This document shows, one piece after another, positions 30,355-41,060 of a stretch of 64,000 bases of DNA (its first letter is position 1; each line of letters begins with the position of its first letter). The notes beneath the pieces are model-generated. The model worked only from the letters and a program-made list of their open reading frames with translations, did no database searches and was not told the DNA's origin. The position numbers and the translations under genes were made by a program. This DNA is from an uncultured bacterium (GTDB taxonomy: Bacteria; Patescibacteriota; Minisyncoccia; Phycocordibacterales; CAIZLB01): the NCBI GenBank assembly GCA_903821355.1, contig CAIJKW010000018.1, positions 1,453 through 65,452 on the forward strand, written 5' to 3'.

Positions 30355-30491
30355 CGTGTGTTTTATATATAAACCTTTGTTGCCAGTATCATTTGTCTGT
30401 TTGGGGGTATTTACAAAAGCCAGTATTTGTTGTAGTCTATGTCGGCTACAAAGTGTAGTTTGAACATTCAACCCCCACCACCCAGAATCCC

Positions 30492-31031
30492 ATGAACACC
30501 AATGAAGTTTTCGAAGATCTTTTGAAACTGCCGACCCCTAAAATTATCTTGTCGGGCAAGGTAGATCGGGAGATGCGTAATCGTGTATTCAGGTCTCTTA
30601 CTTTTCTCACAACCAAAGGCTCTCCGGATGTGGAAATCATCATTGAGTCTAGTGGCGGTGAGGTGAGTCACGGCCTCGACATCTATGATGCACTCCGCTT
30701 GTATCAAGGCAAGAAGAAAGGGATTGTCATCTCAGAGGCAGGATCTATGGCGGCAATCATCCTCCAGGCTTGTGACACTCGCCAGTGCGCTTCACACGCC
30801 TACATCCTTGTTCACAATGGAGATTGTCGGATAAAATTTGATGTCCTCTTTGACGATGCCGCTTTGGCTGCATTCAAAAAAGAAAAGCAAGAAACCCTGT
30901 CTCTGCTCCACACAATCCTTTCGACCAAGACCGGCAAAGAGGATCGTGAAGTTGTTGAGATGTGTAAGCCCGATAAATGGATAACGGCACAAAAGGCCTT
31001 AGAACTAGGATTGATCGATGAGATCGTCTGA
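30492..31031 (+). CDS. clpP: ClpP-family protease proteolytic subunit (divergent paralog)
   Basis: IESSGGEV, AGSMAA (Ser), ILVHN (His), DKWITAQKALELGLIDEI. Confidence 0.85.
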   Translation: MNTNEVFEDLLKLPTPKIILSGKVDREMRNRVFRSLTFLTTKGSPDVEIIIESSGGEVSHGLDIYDALRLYQGKKKGIVISEAGSMAAIILQACDTRQCASHAYILVHNGDCRIKFDVLFDDAALAAFKKEKQETLSLLHTILSTKTGKEDREVVEMCKPDKWITAQKALELGLIDEIV

Positions 31032-31134
31032 GTCCAAAACCTCTCCCTCCTCCATTTTCACAAACAGCGTTGCCCAGACGGGCGGCGCTGTTTTTTCTGT
31101 TGTGATTATTTTATTGCATGATAATATACAAACC

Positions 31135-32910
31135 ATGAAGAAAGTTATTACTAAAGCCATATTGGAAGCTGTTAAGGATGATAGTTCTGTTGATTTCTTA
31201 GAGAACAGAGAGTTGTTGGACAGACCAGCGGATTTATCTCACGGAGACTATTCTACAAACGTTGCTATGATCTTAGCCCCAAAACTTGGTGTTAAGCCTT
31301 TAGATTTAGCCAATAAAATTGTTATAAAACTTCAAGATAAGATCTCTGGTGTTAAAAAAGTAGAAGTCGCAGGCCCTGGATTTATCAATTTTCACCTTGA
31401 AGAAGAATCCAGTTTAAAATTAATAAAAGAAATTTTTGACGAAAAGATTGGCGGGTTGAATTATGGAAAGTCAGATTTGCACGCCGGAAAAAGGATTGTC
31501 TATGAATATACTGATCCAAATCCATTTAAGCAATTTCATATTGGACATTTGATGTCTAACGCAATAGGGGAATCAATGTCTCGTCTTGCTGAATGGTCCG
31601 GGGCAGAGGTAAAAAGATATTGTTATCAGGGAGATGTTGGTAGGCATGTCGCTCTTACATTCTACGGTTTTGATTTACTGAAAAGTGAGGAAGGAGCGGT
31701 TTGGCCAAGTGATGAAATAACTCTTAGCGAAAAGGTGGCTTTTTTGGGAAAGATATACGCAAAGGGGGCGACTCATTTCAAGGATCACCCAGAAGATGAA
31801 GAAAAAGTTCAAGAGATAAATAAGAAAATTTACGATAAGTCAGATGAAGAAATAAACAGACTATATGATTTGGGAAAAAAATGGAGCCTAGAACATTTTG
31901 AAGAGCTTTATAAAATTCTTGGAACAAAGTTTGATCAGTACTTCTTTGAGAGTGATAGTTCAGCGATCGGACTTGAAGAAGTGAAGAAAGCACTAAAGTC
32001 AGGCGTATTTGAGGAGAGTGAAGGCGCCGTTATTTTCAAAGGAGAAAATTATGGGTTGAACACTCGTGTTTTTATAAATAAATTTGGATTGCCAACTTAT
32101 GAGGCTAAAGAACTTGGACTTGCTTTGCTTAAAAGCAAGAGAGAACCGTTTGATATTTCTTATACAATAACGGCCAATGAACAAGATAATGTCTTGGCGG
32201 TTTCCTATAAAGCAATTGAACAAATATATCCAGAAATTGCAAAAAAGAATTTCCATATTTCTCATGGGATGTTAAGACTCACCACAGGCAAGATGGGATC
32301 AAGGACTGGTAATGTGATTACAGGGGAGTCGATGATTGACGATATGACAGAAATGGCTCTTGAGAAGATGAAAGAAAGAGAAATTCCTGAAGTAGAGAGA
32401 AAAGAAATTGCACAGCAGATTGCTGTTGCCGCAATTAAATATACAATTCTACGTCAAACAATTGGAAGAGATATAATTTTTGATGCGCAAAAGTCATTAT
32501 CATTTGAGGGTGACTCTGGTCCATATCTTCAATACTCTTGTGTTCGTGCCAAGTCAGTCTTGGACAAAGCGGAGAAACAAGGTTTGTCTGCTGAGCTTCA
32601 TAATCTATCCGTTGATAAATTAAAGGAGTTAAATATTTGCAGCCTTGGTTGGGCTGGTGGAAAGTTAGAAAAAATGCTGATTAGATTTCCAGAAATACTT
32701 TTACGCTCTGAAAAAGAGCATGCCCCACATCATGTTGGACAATATCTATTAGATTTGGCGTCTGAATTTAATTCGTTCTATGCAAACACTCAAATTATTT
32801 CTGAGAATGATGAGCTTACCCCATATAAATTATCTCTGACAAAAGCTTTGTTAATAGTTTTAACTAATGGATTGGATGTTCTAGGAATCAAGGTACCAAG
32901 CAGGATGTAA
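31135..32910 (+). CDS. argS: arginine--tRNA ligase
   Basis: HGDYSTNVA, AGPGFINF, PNPFKQFHIGH, KMGSRTG, GDSGPYLQY; start at ATG 31135. Confidence 0.96.
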   Translation: MKKVITKAILEAVKDDSSVDFLENRELLDRPADLSHGDYSTNVAMILAPKLGVKPLDLANKIVIKLQDKISGVKKVEVAGPGFINFHLEEESSLKLIKEIFDEKIGGLNYGKSDLHAGKRIVYEYTDPNPFKQFHIGHLMSNAIGESMSRLAEWSGAEVKRYCYQGDVGRHVALTFYGFDLLKSEEGAVWPSDEITLSEKVAFLGKIYAKGATHFKDHPEDEEKVQEINKKIYDKSDEEINRLYDLGKKWSLEHFEELYKILGTKFDQYFFESDSSAIGLEEVKKALKSGVFEESEGAVIFKGENYGLNTRVFINKFGLPTYEAKELGLALLKSKREPFDISYTITANEQDNVLAVSYKAIEQIYPEIAKKNFHISHGMLRLTTGKMGSRTGNVITGESMIDDMTEMALEKMKEREIPEVERKEIAQQIAVAAIKYTILRQTIGRDIIFDAQKSLSFEGDSGPYLQYSCVRAKSVLDKAEKQGLSAELHNLSVDKLKELNICSLGWAGGKLEKMLIRFPEILLRSEKEHAPHHVGQYLLDLASEFNSFYANTQIISENDELTPYKLSLTKALLIVLTNGLDVLGIKVPSRM

Positions 32911-32987
32911 GCCCTGATGCTTTTTGTTTTGGCCTATGTGGTCTTAATGGAACTAACAAAATTGGTTTTTTGTGATAGTATACTTCC

Positions 32988-35900
32988 ATGACTTCAAAAC
33001 AAAATGATTTGGCCGAAGATAAAGGTCAAAACGGGGTAGGGCTACCCGTTCAAGACAAGTCCGAAACTATCAAAAAAGAAGAAACTGCAGAAAGTACCAT
33101 ATCAATTAAAGAAAAGGCTGTTTTGTCTTTTTGGAATGAGAATAAAATTTTTGAGCAATCTCTAAAAAAAGACTCTCCACTTGGAAATTTTGTGTTTTAC
33201 GATGGACCTCCATACGCTACAGGGCTTCCTCATTATGGGCATATTTTGCCAAACTCGTTAAAAGATTTATTGCCTAGATACAAGACGATGAGGGGTTTTC
33301 ATGTTGATAGAAAATGGGGGTGGGACTGTCATGGACTACCAATTGAAAACTTGATAGAGAAAAAGCTTGGTCTCAAAGATAAAAAAGCTATTGAGGAATA
33401 TGGGGTTGATAAATTTAATAAAGCTGCCAAAGAAAGCGTCCTAGTTTATGCAGAAGAGTGGAGAGAAAGAATTCAAAGGATTGGTAGATGGGTTGATATG
33501 GATAATGATTACAGAACAATGGATTCAAGTTATACAGAATCTGTTTGGTGGTCTTTTTCTGAATTAAATAAAAAAGGTCTTGTTTTTGAAGATTACAAGG
33601 TAATGCAGGTCTGTCCTAGATGCGGAACCCCTCTTTCAAATTTTGAGGTTGCTCAAGGGTATAAAGATATTGCTGACATTTCTGTTTATGCAAAGTTTGA
33701 AATTAAAGATCAATCTCTCGCTTCAATAAAAAGTTATTACGATATAGATGCTGACTCAAAAACATATTTCCTTGCTTGGACAACAACCCCATGGACACTT
33801 CCAGGAAACGTTGCTCTTGCAGTTAATCCAGAGTTAACATACGTTTGTGTTTCTGTTAAGACAGGATCAGATGCAGTTTTGACAAGAGAAAATTATATTA
33901 TTGCCGAAAGTCTCTTTGAAATATTAAAATCCAAAAAAATACTTCCTGATGATGCGGAGTTGCTTGTTGCCAAGAAAGCTCTGACAGGAAATGGTTTGAC
34001 CGGTCTTTCATATGAACCCGTATTTGACTACTACAAAAAAGAGGGAACACTAGAGTTGCATGAAAAGGAAAGAGGAAATATTTGGAAGGTTTATACCGCG
34101 CCCTTTGTCACAGCAGAAGACGGAACGGGGATTGTTCACATTGCTCCCGCTTATGGAGATGATGACATGAAGTTGTCTAAGACATATTCTCTACCTGTAA
34201 TTAAGCATGTTGGTTTTGATGGACTATTTGTTGATTTAATAACTGAGATGAAAGGTAAGTCAGCAAAGCCTAAAGAAGATCACCAAAGCGCTGATATCGA
34301 AATCATTAAAATTCTTGCACAAAAAGGAGTGTTGCTTGCTAAGGAAAAAATGACTCACTCGTATCCTCATTGTTGGAGATGCGAGACTCCACTGATTAAC
34401 TTTGCAACAACAAGTCTTTTTGTTAGGACAACATCTCTGAAAGATAAACTAATTGAAGAGAATAATAAAATAAACTGGGTACCAAAAGAGATTGGATCTG
34501 GACGTTTTGGTGAGTGGTTGGAAAACATAAGAGACTGGGCAATTTCAAGAACAAGATATTGGGGTGCACCTGTTCCCATGTGGAAGTCAGATAGTGGAAA
34601 AATAGAAATACTTGGGTCGTATGCTGATCTTAAGGAAAAAATTCGTCAAAACTCTAATAACAACGGATACATTTTAATGAGACATGGAGAGGCTGAGTCA
34701 AACGTAAAAAATATTATCAATGCTCACGATTTAAATCTTTATGGATTAACAGAGAAGGGTGTTGAGCAAGTAAAAGAATCGGCTTTGAAGTTGAAAGAGG
34801 CTGGAGTTATGGCAGGGGATATAACAAGTGATCCTGTAAAAGAAGATGTTGGTAGAAAAACTGGTCCAATCACAAAAATTTATTGTTCTGATTTCAGGAG
34901 AACAAAAGAGACCGCTAAAATTGTAGCAGAGGTACTTGGTCTTGATGAATCAAAAATAATATATGATCCACGTATTAGAGAATGCGACAATGGTGAATTG
35001 GAAGGCCATAATGGCGATGAGAGAACTGCTTGCTTTAAATCGGAAGAACAAAGATTATATTTTGGTCCAGGTGGAGGGGAATCTGCTTATGAAATTAAAA
35101 AGCGAGTCGCAGGTTTTCTATATGACATAGACTCACTAAACAAAGATGAAAACATCCTTATTATAACTCATGGATTGCCATTGAGAATGATCAAGGAGGC
35201 ATCTAAAGGGAGAACTGCTAGAGATATGTATAGAAGTGGTTGGCAGGATGTCTCTGATCCAAACGCCTCACTTCACTCCATCGATTTTGTCCAAATGCCA
35301 CATGATGAAAATTTTGAGCTTGATGTCCATAGACCATTGATTGACGCAATTACTTGGAAAAACGAAGACGGAGAACTCATGAAGAGAATCCCTGACGTCT
35401 TTGATGTTTGGTATGACTCTGGGTCAATGCCTTTTGCTTCTCAACATTATCCATTTGAAAACAAAGAAGAGTTTGAAAAAGCTGATAGTAAAATATTCCC
35501 CGCTGATTTCATCGCTGAAGGTTTGGATCAAACTAGAGGTTGGTTTTATTCATTACTCTGTCTTGGCGTTAGTTTGTTTGGAAAATCTCCATTCAAGAAT
35601 GTTTCCGTTAATGGTTTAATTTTGGCAGAAGACGGAAGGAAGATGGCAAAGAGTCTGAATAACTATCCTGAGCTTATGGGCGTCATTGAAAAATACGGCG
35701 CTGATTCATTAAGATATTTTTTGGTTACATCTCCCGCTGTTACAGCAGAGGAGGTTGCCTTTTCGGAAAAATCTTTAGATGAGATTAATAAAAAAATATT
35801 CAACAGACTAGATAATGTTTATACATTCTATAAAACATATTCAGAAATGTTTGGGAAAGACTCTTCCGACGTTTTACACTCACTCAAATCAGAAAATGTG

Positions 35901-36737
35901 TTAGACCAATGGATTTGGGCAAAACTTAAAAAGTTGAACAGAGACATGACCAGAGATTTTGATTTATATTTAATATCAAAAGGAGCTCGTCCTATCGCTC
36001 AGTTTGTCGATGAACTATCTACTTGGTATCTAAGAAGGTCCAGAGATAGGTTTAAGGGGGACAATACAGTTGATAGAGATTTTGCAATTGCAACACTTAG
36101 GTCTGTATTATTAAATCTATCAAAACTAATCGCTCCAATTATTCCTTTCTCTGCAGAGGATTTATATCAAAAAGTTAAAGATGCAAACTCTAAATTGAGT
36201 GTGCATTTGGAGGACTGGCCAGAACTCGGAGAGCTTTCTGAAAAGGAAGAGTTGTTGCTTGTTAATATGGATGCGGCCAGAAATTTAGTAGAAACGGGTC
36301 TATCTCTTCGTGCTAAATCTCAAATAAAAGTTAGGCAGCCTCTTTCATCTTTTATCTATACAAATAAGGAAGGTAAGGGACTGCATTCAGAAATAGAAGA
36401 AATTATTAAAGATGAGCTGAATGTAAAGTCAGTAGCAATCGGTGAGGCGGTTTTTCTCGACACAGCTATAACCCCAGAATTAAAAGAAGAAGGAATGTCT
36501 AGAGATTTAATTAGAGCAATACAGGAAGCTAGAAAAGCATTTGGTTTTTCTCCAAATGATAAGATTATTTTACTTATCGAAAATAATTCTGCTGGTAAGT
36601 TGATGGTAGAAAAATATTATTCATCAATCGCCAAAACTGTATTAGCTGAAAATATAAGTCTATCTGATTTTGAGGGAGGTGAGGCGGTTTCAATTGGTGA
36701 TCAAGAGGTCAGATTCATCGTAAAATCAGTAAAATAA
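32988..36737 (+). CDS. ileS: isoleucine--tRNA ligase (type 2) with inserted histidine-phosphatase domain
   Basis: DGPPYATGLPHYGH, GWDCHGLP, WTTTPWTL, DWAISRTRYWG, EGLDQTRGWF, KMAKS; insert with LMRHGE. Confidence 0.95.
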   Translation: MTSKQNDLAEDKGQNGVGLPVQDKSETIKKEETAESTISIKEKAVLSFWNENKIFEQSLKKDSPLGNFVFYDGPPYATGLPHYGHILPNSLKDLLPRYKTMRGFHVDRKWGWDCHGLPIENLIEKKLGLKDKKAIEEYGVDKFNKAAKESVLVYAEEWRERIQRIGRWVDMDNDYRTMDSSYTESVWWSFSELNKKGLVFEDYKVMQVCPRCGTPLSNFEVAQGYKDIADISVYAKFEIKDQSLASIKSYYDIDADSKTYFLAWTTTPWTLPGNVALAVNPELTYVCVSVKTGSDAVLTRENYIIAESLFEILKSKKILPDDAELLVAKKALTGNGLTGLSYEPVFDYYKKEGTLELHEKERGNIWKVYTAPFVTAEDGTGIVHIAPAYGDDDMKLSKTYSLPVIKHVGFDGLFVDLITEMKGKSAKPKEDHQSADIEIIKILAQKGVLLAKEKMTHSYPHCWRCETPLINFATTSLFVRTTSLKDKLIEENNKINWVPKEIGSGRFGEWLENIRDWAISRTRYWGAPVPMWKSDSGKIEILGSYADLKEKIRQNSNNNGYILMRHGEAESNVKNIINAHDLNLYGLTEKGVEQVKESALKLKEAGVMAGDITSDPVKEDVGRKTGPITKIYCSDFRRTKETAKIVAEVLGLDESKIIYDPRIRECDNGELEGHNGDERTACFKSEEQRLYFGPGGGESAYEIKKRVAGFLYDIDSLNKDENILIITHGLPLRMIKEASKGRTARDMYRSGWQDVSDPNASLHSIDFVQMPHDENFELDVHRPLIDAITWKNEDGELMKRIPDVFDVWYDSGSMPFASQHYPFENKEEFEKADSKIFPADFIAEGLDQTRGWFYSLLCLGVSLFGKSPFKNVSVNGLILAEDGRKMAKSLNNYPELMGVIEKYGADSLRYFLVTSPAVTAEEVAFSEKSLDEINKKIFNRLDNVYTFYKTYSEMFGKDSSDVLHSLKSENVLDQWIWAKLKKLNRDMTRDFDLYLISKGARPIAQFVDELSTWYLRRSRDRFKGDNTVDRDFAIATLRSVLLNLSKLIAPIIPFSAEDLYQKVKDANSKLSVHLEDWPELGELSEKEELLLVNMDAARNLVETGLSLRAKSQIKVRQPLSSFIYTNKEGKGLHSEIEEIIKDELNVKSVAIGEAVFLDTAITPELKEEGMSRDLIRAIQEARKAFGFSPNDKIILLIENNSAGKLMVEKYYSSIAKTVLAENISLSDFEGGEAVSIGDQEVRFIVKSVK

Positions 36738-36805
36738 TTAGGGCCAATAAATATTCCTCTAATATTCACGTAATAGGGTCTAATCGGAAAAAATAAATTA
36801 AAATT

Positions 36806-37402
36806 GTGTCATATAGAATTTACCACACGGAAGGTTATATTATAGACAGTTCGACCTCTGGAGAATCAAATAAGGTCTTTACGATTTTAACATCGGAACT
36901 TGGAACTATTATTGCAACTGCTCAAGGTGTTCGAAAGTTAGAGTCCAAGCTAAGGTACAGTTTACAAGACTTAACCTATGCCAAATTTGCTTTAGTTAGA
37001 GGAAAAGAAATTTGGAGAATTACGGGCGCTGAAAAAATCGTAAATATTTACGATAAGAAAATCCCTGTCCAAATTAGACAGTTTTTGGCACGCACGCTCT
37101 CTTTTATTAAGAGACTTTCGCCTGGAGAGGCTGTGAACAAAAGGGTTTTTGAAGAGTTCGACAATTTACACAAAGCTGTAATATCTTCAAAAATGATAAG
37201 AGACAACAGTGATTTGAATGCCGTTGAAAATTTGATGTATCTCAGAGTTGCTCATCATTTTGGCTACGGAACACCAAGTGAAAAACTGAAAGCTATTGTT
37301 TACTCTCCTTCTTGGAACATTGAGATTAGAGACAATGCGATAGATTTGATTGAAGAGACAAAAAAAGAGCTAGCTTCAATACTTTCTGAGACTCAATTGT
37401 GA
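36806..37402 (+). CDS. recO: DNA repair protein RecO
   Basis: TEGYII...GESNKVFTILTSELGTIIATAQGVRKLESKL OB fold; GTG start. Confidence 0.85.
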   Translation: MSYRIYHTEGYIIDSSTSGESNKVFTILTSELGTIIATAQGVRKLESKLRYSLQDLTYAKFALVRGKEIWRITGAEKIVNIYDKKIPVQIRQFLARTLSFIKRLSPGEAVNKRVFEEFDNLHKAVISSKMIRDNSDLNAVENLMYLRVAHHFGYGTPSEKLKAIVYSPSWNIEIRDNAIDLIEETKKELASILSETQL

Positions 37403-37483
37403 TTCAGCAGACGATTCAGCAGAATCGCCACGGGCTCGCCACGGGCTCATCCAAACGACGATTCTGCTGAATCGCCTACTGGG
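37401..37483. repeat. REP-like palindromic repeat cluster 1
   Basis: cgattc-agca-gaatcgcc-ac and cgattc-tgct-gaatcgcc-tactggg plus a gccacgggctc tandem. Confidence 0.8.
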
Positions 37484-37552
37484 TAGTCTTTCGGTTTCTT
37501 GTCTGTGGTCGTCTACTCATTTTTCTATACACAATATGCTATAATTTAAACC

Positions 37553-39487
37553 ATGAATGATGACGAAGGAAAAATCGAAGAATTAAAAAAGAAGCTTTAC
37601 TCGCACACTGAGAATCTACCAAAGATGAAGCATGTTAAACTGCATGAGCATCATGTTTTGGTTAACAGAGACTGGGATGAGAAGGTGGAACAAGAAGAAA
37701 TACCTAAAATAGAATATGGTAGAAATAGATTTTACAAAGTCCTAAAGGGCTTGATAGTTTTTTCTATTATTTTTCTTGTGTTTGCCATGGGTGTTGCGTA
37801 TTACTACTTCAATATCAATCCTAACGTTATTTCTGGTGCAAATATTGACATAAGCGTTTCTGGTCCAGTTGTTGTTTCATCTGGCCAAGAATTGTCATTG
37901 GATGTTAACATTTTTAACAATAATCCTTCAGTGATACAATCGGCGGATTTAATTGTGACATATCCAGATGGAACAAGAAGAGCTGATGATAAGGTAACAA
38001 GCTTGATCACAGACAGAATTTCAATTGGTGATATACAGGCCGGTGCAACAAGTAGGACTACAATTAAATCAATTATTTTGGCAGAAGAAGGTTCTACAAA
38101 AAATATTAATATTGCCCTAGAGTATAAAATGCCGGGGACAAACAGTCTTTTTGTAAAAGAAAAATCTTATCCGATGGGTATCAGTTCTGGTCCAGTTTCT
38201 ATTTCTGTCGATTCAATCAAGGAAATTACGCCAGAACAAAATACAAAGTTTCTAGTCTCTGTTAAATCAAATTCAGATAGTGTTATAAAAAATGTCGTAC
38301 TTAAGGCTGAATATCCATTTGGTTTTGATTTTACTTCATCTTCTCCGGTCCCATCCTCATCTAATATTGGATGGAGATTGGGAGATATTGCGCCAGGGGA
38401 GATAAAGAAGATAGAAATTACCGCAAAGATTTTTGGCCAGGCAAATCAAGAGAGGACAGTTAGATTTTTTGCAGGCACGGCTCAGACTAAGGATCCAAAT
38501 GAAATCGATACAATTTTTGCTTCAGCTGATCAGACCTTTAATCTAAAGGCTCCATTCCTTGGTGCTGATATTGCAATAAATGGTAATGGTAGTGAAATCG
38601 TTGTTGTTAATAGTGGTCAGTTTATACGAGGGGAAGTTTTGTGGAAAAATAATCTTGATGTCTCAATTCACGATGTTGCAATTGAAGCTAAACTAGGTGG
38701 TGTTAGTGCGGATAGGACGAGTGTTAATGCGGAAAATGGATTTTATAATTCAACTAACGATACATTGTATTGGGAGAAGAGTAATAATCCAGAACTTGAA
38801 GATGTTGCCCCAAACAAAAGTGGAACTTCTTATTTCAATATGAAAGTCTTTGATTTGACGAAAGATTTAGCCTCAAACCTAAGAAGGCCTGAAATTACTC
38901 TGAATTTTACAGTTAAGGGAAACAGATTAAATGAAAACAAAGTTTCAGAAGAAGTGACTTCACAAGCTTCTCGTAAAATTAGAGTTGCAACTGATATGGG
39001 GTTAGATACTAGACTTCTTTATAATGATGGCCCATTTCAGAATACTGGACCAATGCCTGCAAAGGTGGACAGCAGGACCACATACACTGTAAATGTTAAG
39101 GTCTACAATTCATATAACAATGTAAAGAATGCAATCTATACAGCAAAATTACCGATCTATGTTAATTGGCTTGGGGTAGTTAATCCTGTAACAGCAAGCT
39201 CAACGGTTGTTTATAATTTGGAAAATAGGACGATAACATGGAACGCGGGGGATGTTGCTCCAGGAGCTGGTTATATTTCTAATCCAAAAGAGATGTCCTT
39301 TCAGGTTGAATTTTTACCAAGTCTATCTCAACAGAATCAATCGCCAATTATAATTAATGGTCAAAGAATTGCTGGAACAGATAGTTTTACAAATACCGTA
39401 GTTAGTGCAGATGGATATTCCTTGAATACTCAAATAACTTCTGACTCCAAATATGATATGTCATTGGATAAAGTTGTTGGCAAATAG
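37553..39487 (+). CDS. membrane-anchored protein with multiple Ig-like (DUF11-like) beta domains
   Basis: single TM near aa 65-86; repeated W.LGDIAPG / W.AGDVAPG motifs. Confidence 0.75.
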   Translation: MNDDEGKIEELKKKLYSHTENLPKMKHVKLHEHHVLVNRDWDEKVEQEEIPKIEYGRNRFYKVLKGLIVFSIIFLVFAMGVAYYYFNINPNVISGANIDISVSGPVVVSSGQELSLDVNIFNNNPSVIQSADLIVTYPDGTRRADDKVTSLITDRISIGDIQAGATSRTTIKSIILAEEGSTKNINIALEYKMPGTNSLFVKEKSYPMGISSGPVSISVDSIKEITPEQNTKFLVSVKSNSDSVIKNVVLKAEYPFGFDFTSSSPVPSSSNIGWRLGDIAPGEIKKIEITAKIFGQANQERTVRFFAGTAQTKDPNEIDTIFASADQTFNLKAPFLGADIAINGNGSEIVVVNSGQFIRGEVLWKNNLDVSIHDVAIEAKLGGVSADRTSVNAENGFYNSTNDTLYWEKSNNPELEDVAPNKSGTSYFNMKVFDLTKDLASNLRRPEITLNFTVKGNRLNENKVSEEVTSQASRKIRVATDMGLDTRLLYNDGPFQNTGPMPAKVDSRTTYTVNVKVYNSYNNVKNAIYTAKLPIYVNWLGVVNPVTASSTVVYNLENRTITWNAGDVAPGAGYISNPKEMSFQVEFLPSLSQQNQSPIIINGQRIAGTDSFTNTVVSADGYSLNTQITSDSKYDMSLDKVVGK

Positions 39488-39558
39488 CTTTTCGTACAAG
39501 ATTTATATCAGACAGGATTATCTTTTGATATTCCCGTAAAAGCTGATACTATATTGCT

Positions 39559-40914
39559 ATGGAAGAAATAATTGCTTTAGCTAAAAGACGTGGCTTTATA
39601 TATCAAGGCTCAGAAATATACGGCGGCCTTGCTGGAACTTGGGACTATGGACATTTAGGCCTAGCCCTTAAAAACAACATAAAAAATACCTGGTGGAGAC
39701 GTTTCGTTTTAGACAGAGAAGATATGTATGGCGTTGACGCTGCAATTCTCATGAATCAAAACGTTTGGAAGGCAAGTGGTCACGTTGCTGGTTTCTTTGA
39801 CCCGCTAGTTGATGACTTGAAAACCAATAAAAGATATAGAGCTGACTCTCTGCTTGAAGAGGCAGGCCTTAGCATAAAAGGCATGTCTATTGAAGACATG
39901 AATAACTTGATCAAAGAGAAGGGAATTAAAAGTCCTGAAGGAAATCCCCTTGGAGAAGTTAGGCAATTTAGAATGATGTTTACAACTCACGTTGGAGCAA
40001 ATCAAGATGAGGCTTCTGTTTCATACTTGCGACCTGAGACTGCACAAGGAATGTTCGTTAACTTTAAAAATATTTTAGATTCTTTCCATCCAAAGATTCC
40101 TTTTGGTATGGCTCAAATTGGAAAGGCATTTAGAAATGAGATTGCTCCTAGAGATTTTATATTTAGAACTCGTGAATTTGAACAAATGGAGATCGAGTAT
40201 TTTGTTAATCCAAAAGCGTGGGAGACATCCTTCGATCATTTTAGAAATGAAATGCATGCATTTGCATCTGATGTTGGACTCAATCCAGCAAAAGTCCATG
40301 AACATGAAATTGCTCCAGAAGACTTGGCACACTATTCTAAGAGAACAATAGACTTCGAGTTTGATTTTCCAATGGGTATAAAAGAACTTTATGGATTGGC
40401 TTACAGAACTGATTTTGATTTGAAGAGTCATAGTGATGCGTCCGGTGTTGATTTGTCTTTTTTTGACGAAGAAACAAAAGAGCGATACATCCCTCATTGT
40501 ATAGAGCCTTCCCTTGGAGTCGACAGAACTGTTTTGGCGGTTTTAACAGATGCCTATTCTGAGGATGATGTTGGTGGGGAAAAAAGGGTTTATTTAAAAC
40601 TTTCTCCAAAGATTGCACCCGTTTTGATTGCGGTTTCACCGTTGCTTAAGAATAAGACTCAATTGGTTGAGAAGGCTAGGGAGGTCTATGGAATTTTACG
40701 AAAGGAATTTCCTGGTAGAATAATGTTTGACGATAATGGAAATATTGGAAAGAGATATAGAAGACAAGATGAAATTGGTACTCCATTTTGTATAACTATA
40801 GATTTTGATACGGTAGAGAAGGATCAGACAATGACACTTAGATATAGAGACTCTGCCACACAAGACAGACTTTCAATTGAGCAAATTGTTAAGGTTGTGA
40901 AGGAGGCGATTTAG
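39559..40914 (+). CDS. glyQS: glycine--tRNA ligase (alpha2 type)
   Basis: EIYGGLAGTWDYG, YLRPETAQG, FRNEI, REFEQME, IEPSLGVDR, YRRQDEIGTP. Confidence 0.96.
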   Translation: MEEIIALAKRRGFIYQGSEIYGGLAGTWDYGHLGLALKNNIKNTWWRRFVLDREDMYGVDAAILMNQNVWKASGHVAGFFDPLVDDLKTNKRYRADSLLEEAGLSIKGMSIEDMNNLIKEKGIKSPEGNPLGEVRQFRMMFTTHVGANQDEASVSYLRPETAQGMFVNFKNILDSFHPKIPFGMAQIGKAFRNEIAPRDFIFRTREFEQMEIEYFVNPKAWETSFDHFRNEMHAFASDVGLNPAKVHEHEIAPEDLAHYSKRTIDFEFDFPMGIKELYGLAYRTDFDLKSHSDASGVDLSFFDEETKERYIPHCIEPSLGVDRTVLAVLTDAYSEDDVGGEKRVYLKLSPKIAPVLIAVSPLLKNKTQLVEKAREVYGILRKEFPGRIMFDDNGNIGKRYRRQDEIGTPFCITIDFDTVEKDQTMTLRYRDSATQDRLSIEQIVKVVKEAI

Positions 40915-40922
40915 CAAAATCT

Positions 40923-40995
40923 CCCCATGGCGATCCTGCTGGATCGCCTACTGGGCGATTCAGTAGAATCGCCTACACCGGCTCGACTATCGGGC
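40923..40995. repeat. REP-like palindromic repeat cluster 2
   Basis: ggcgatcc-tgct-ggatcgcc-tac-tg-ggcgattc-agta-gaatcgcc-tac tandem. Confidence 0.85.
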
Positions 40996-41060
40996 GTTCT
41001 GTAGACACTGCACCCTGGCTGGGCTTTGCAGTATAATCAATCTGGTGCTATTCTTTAGGT

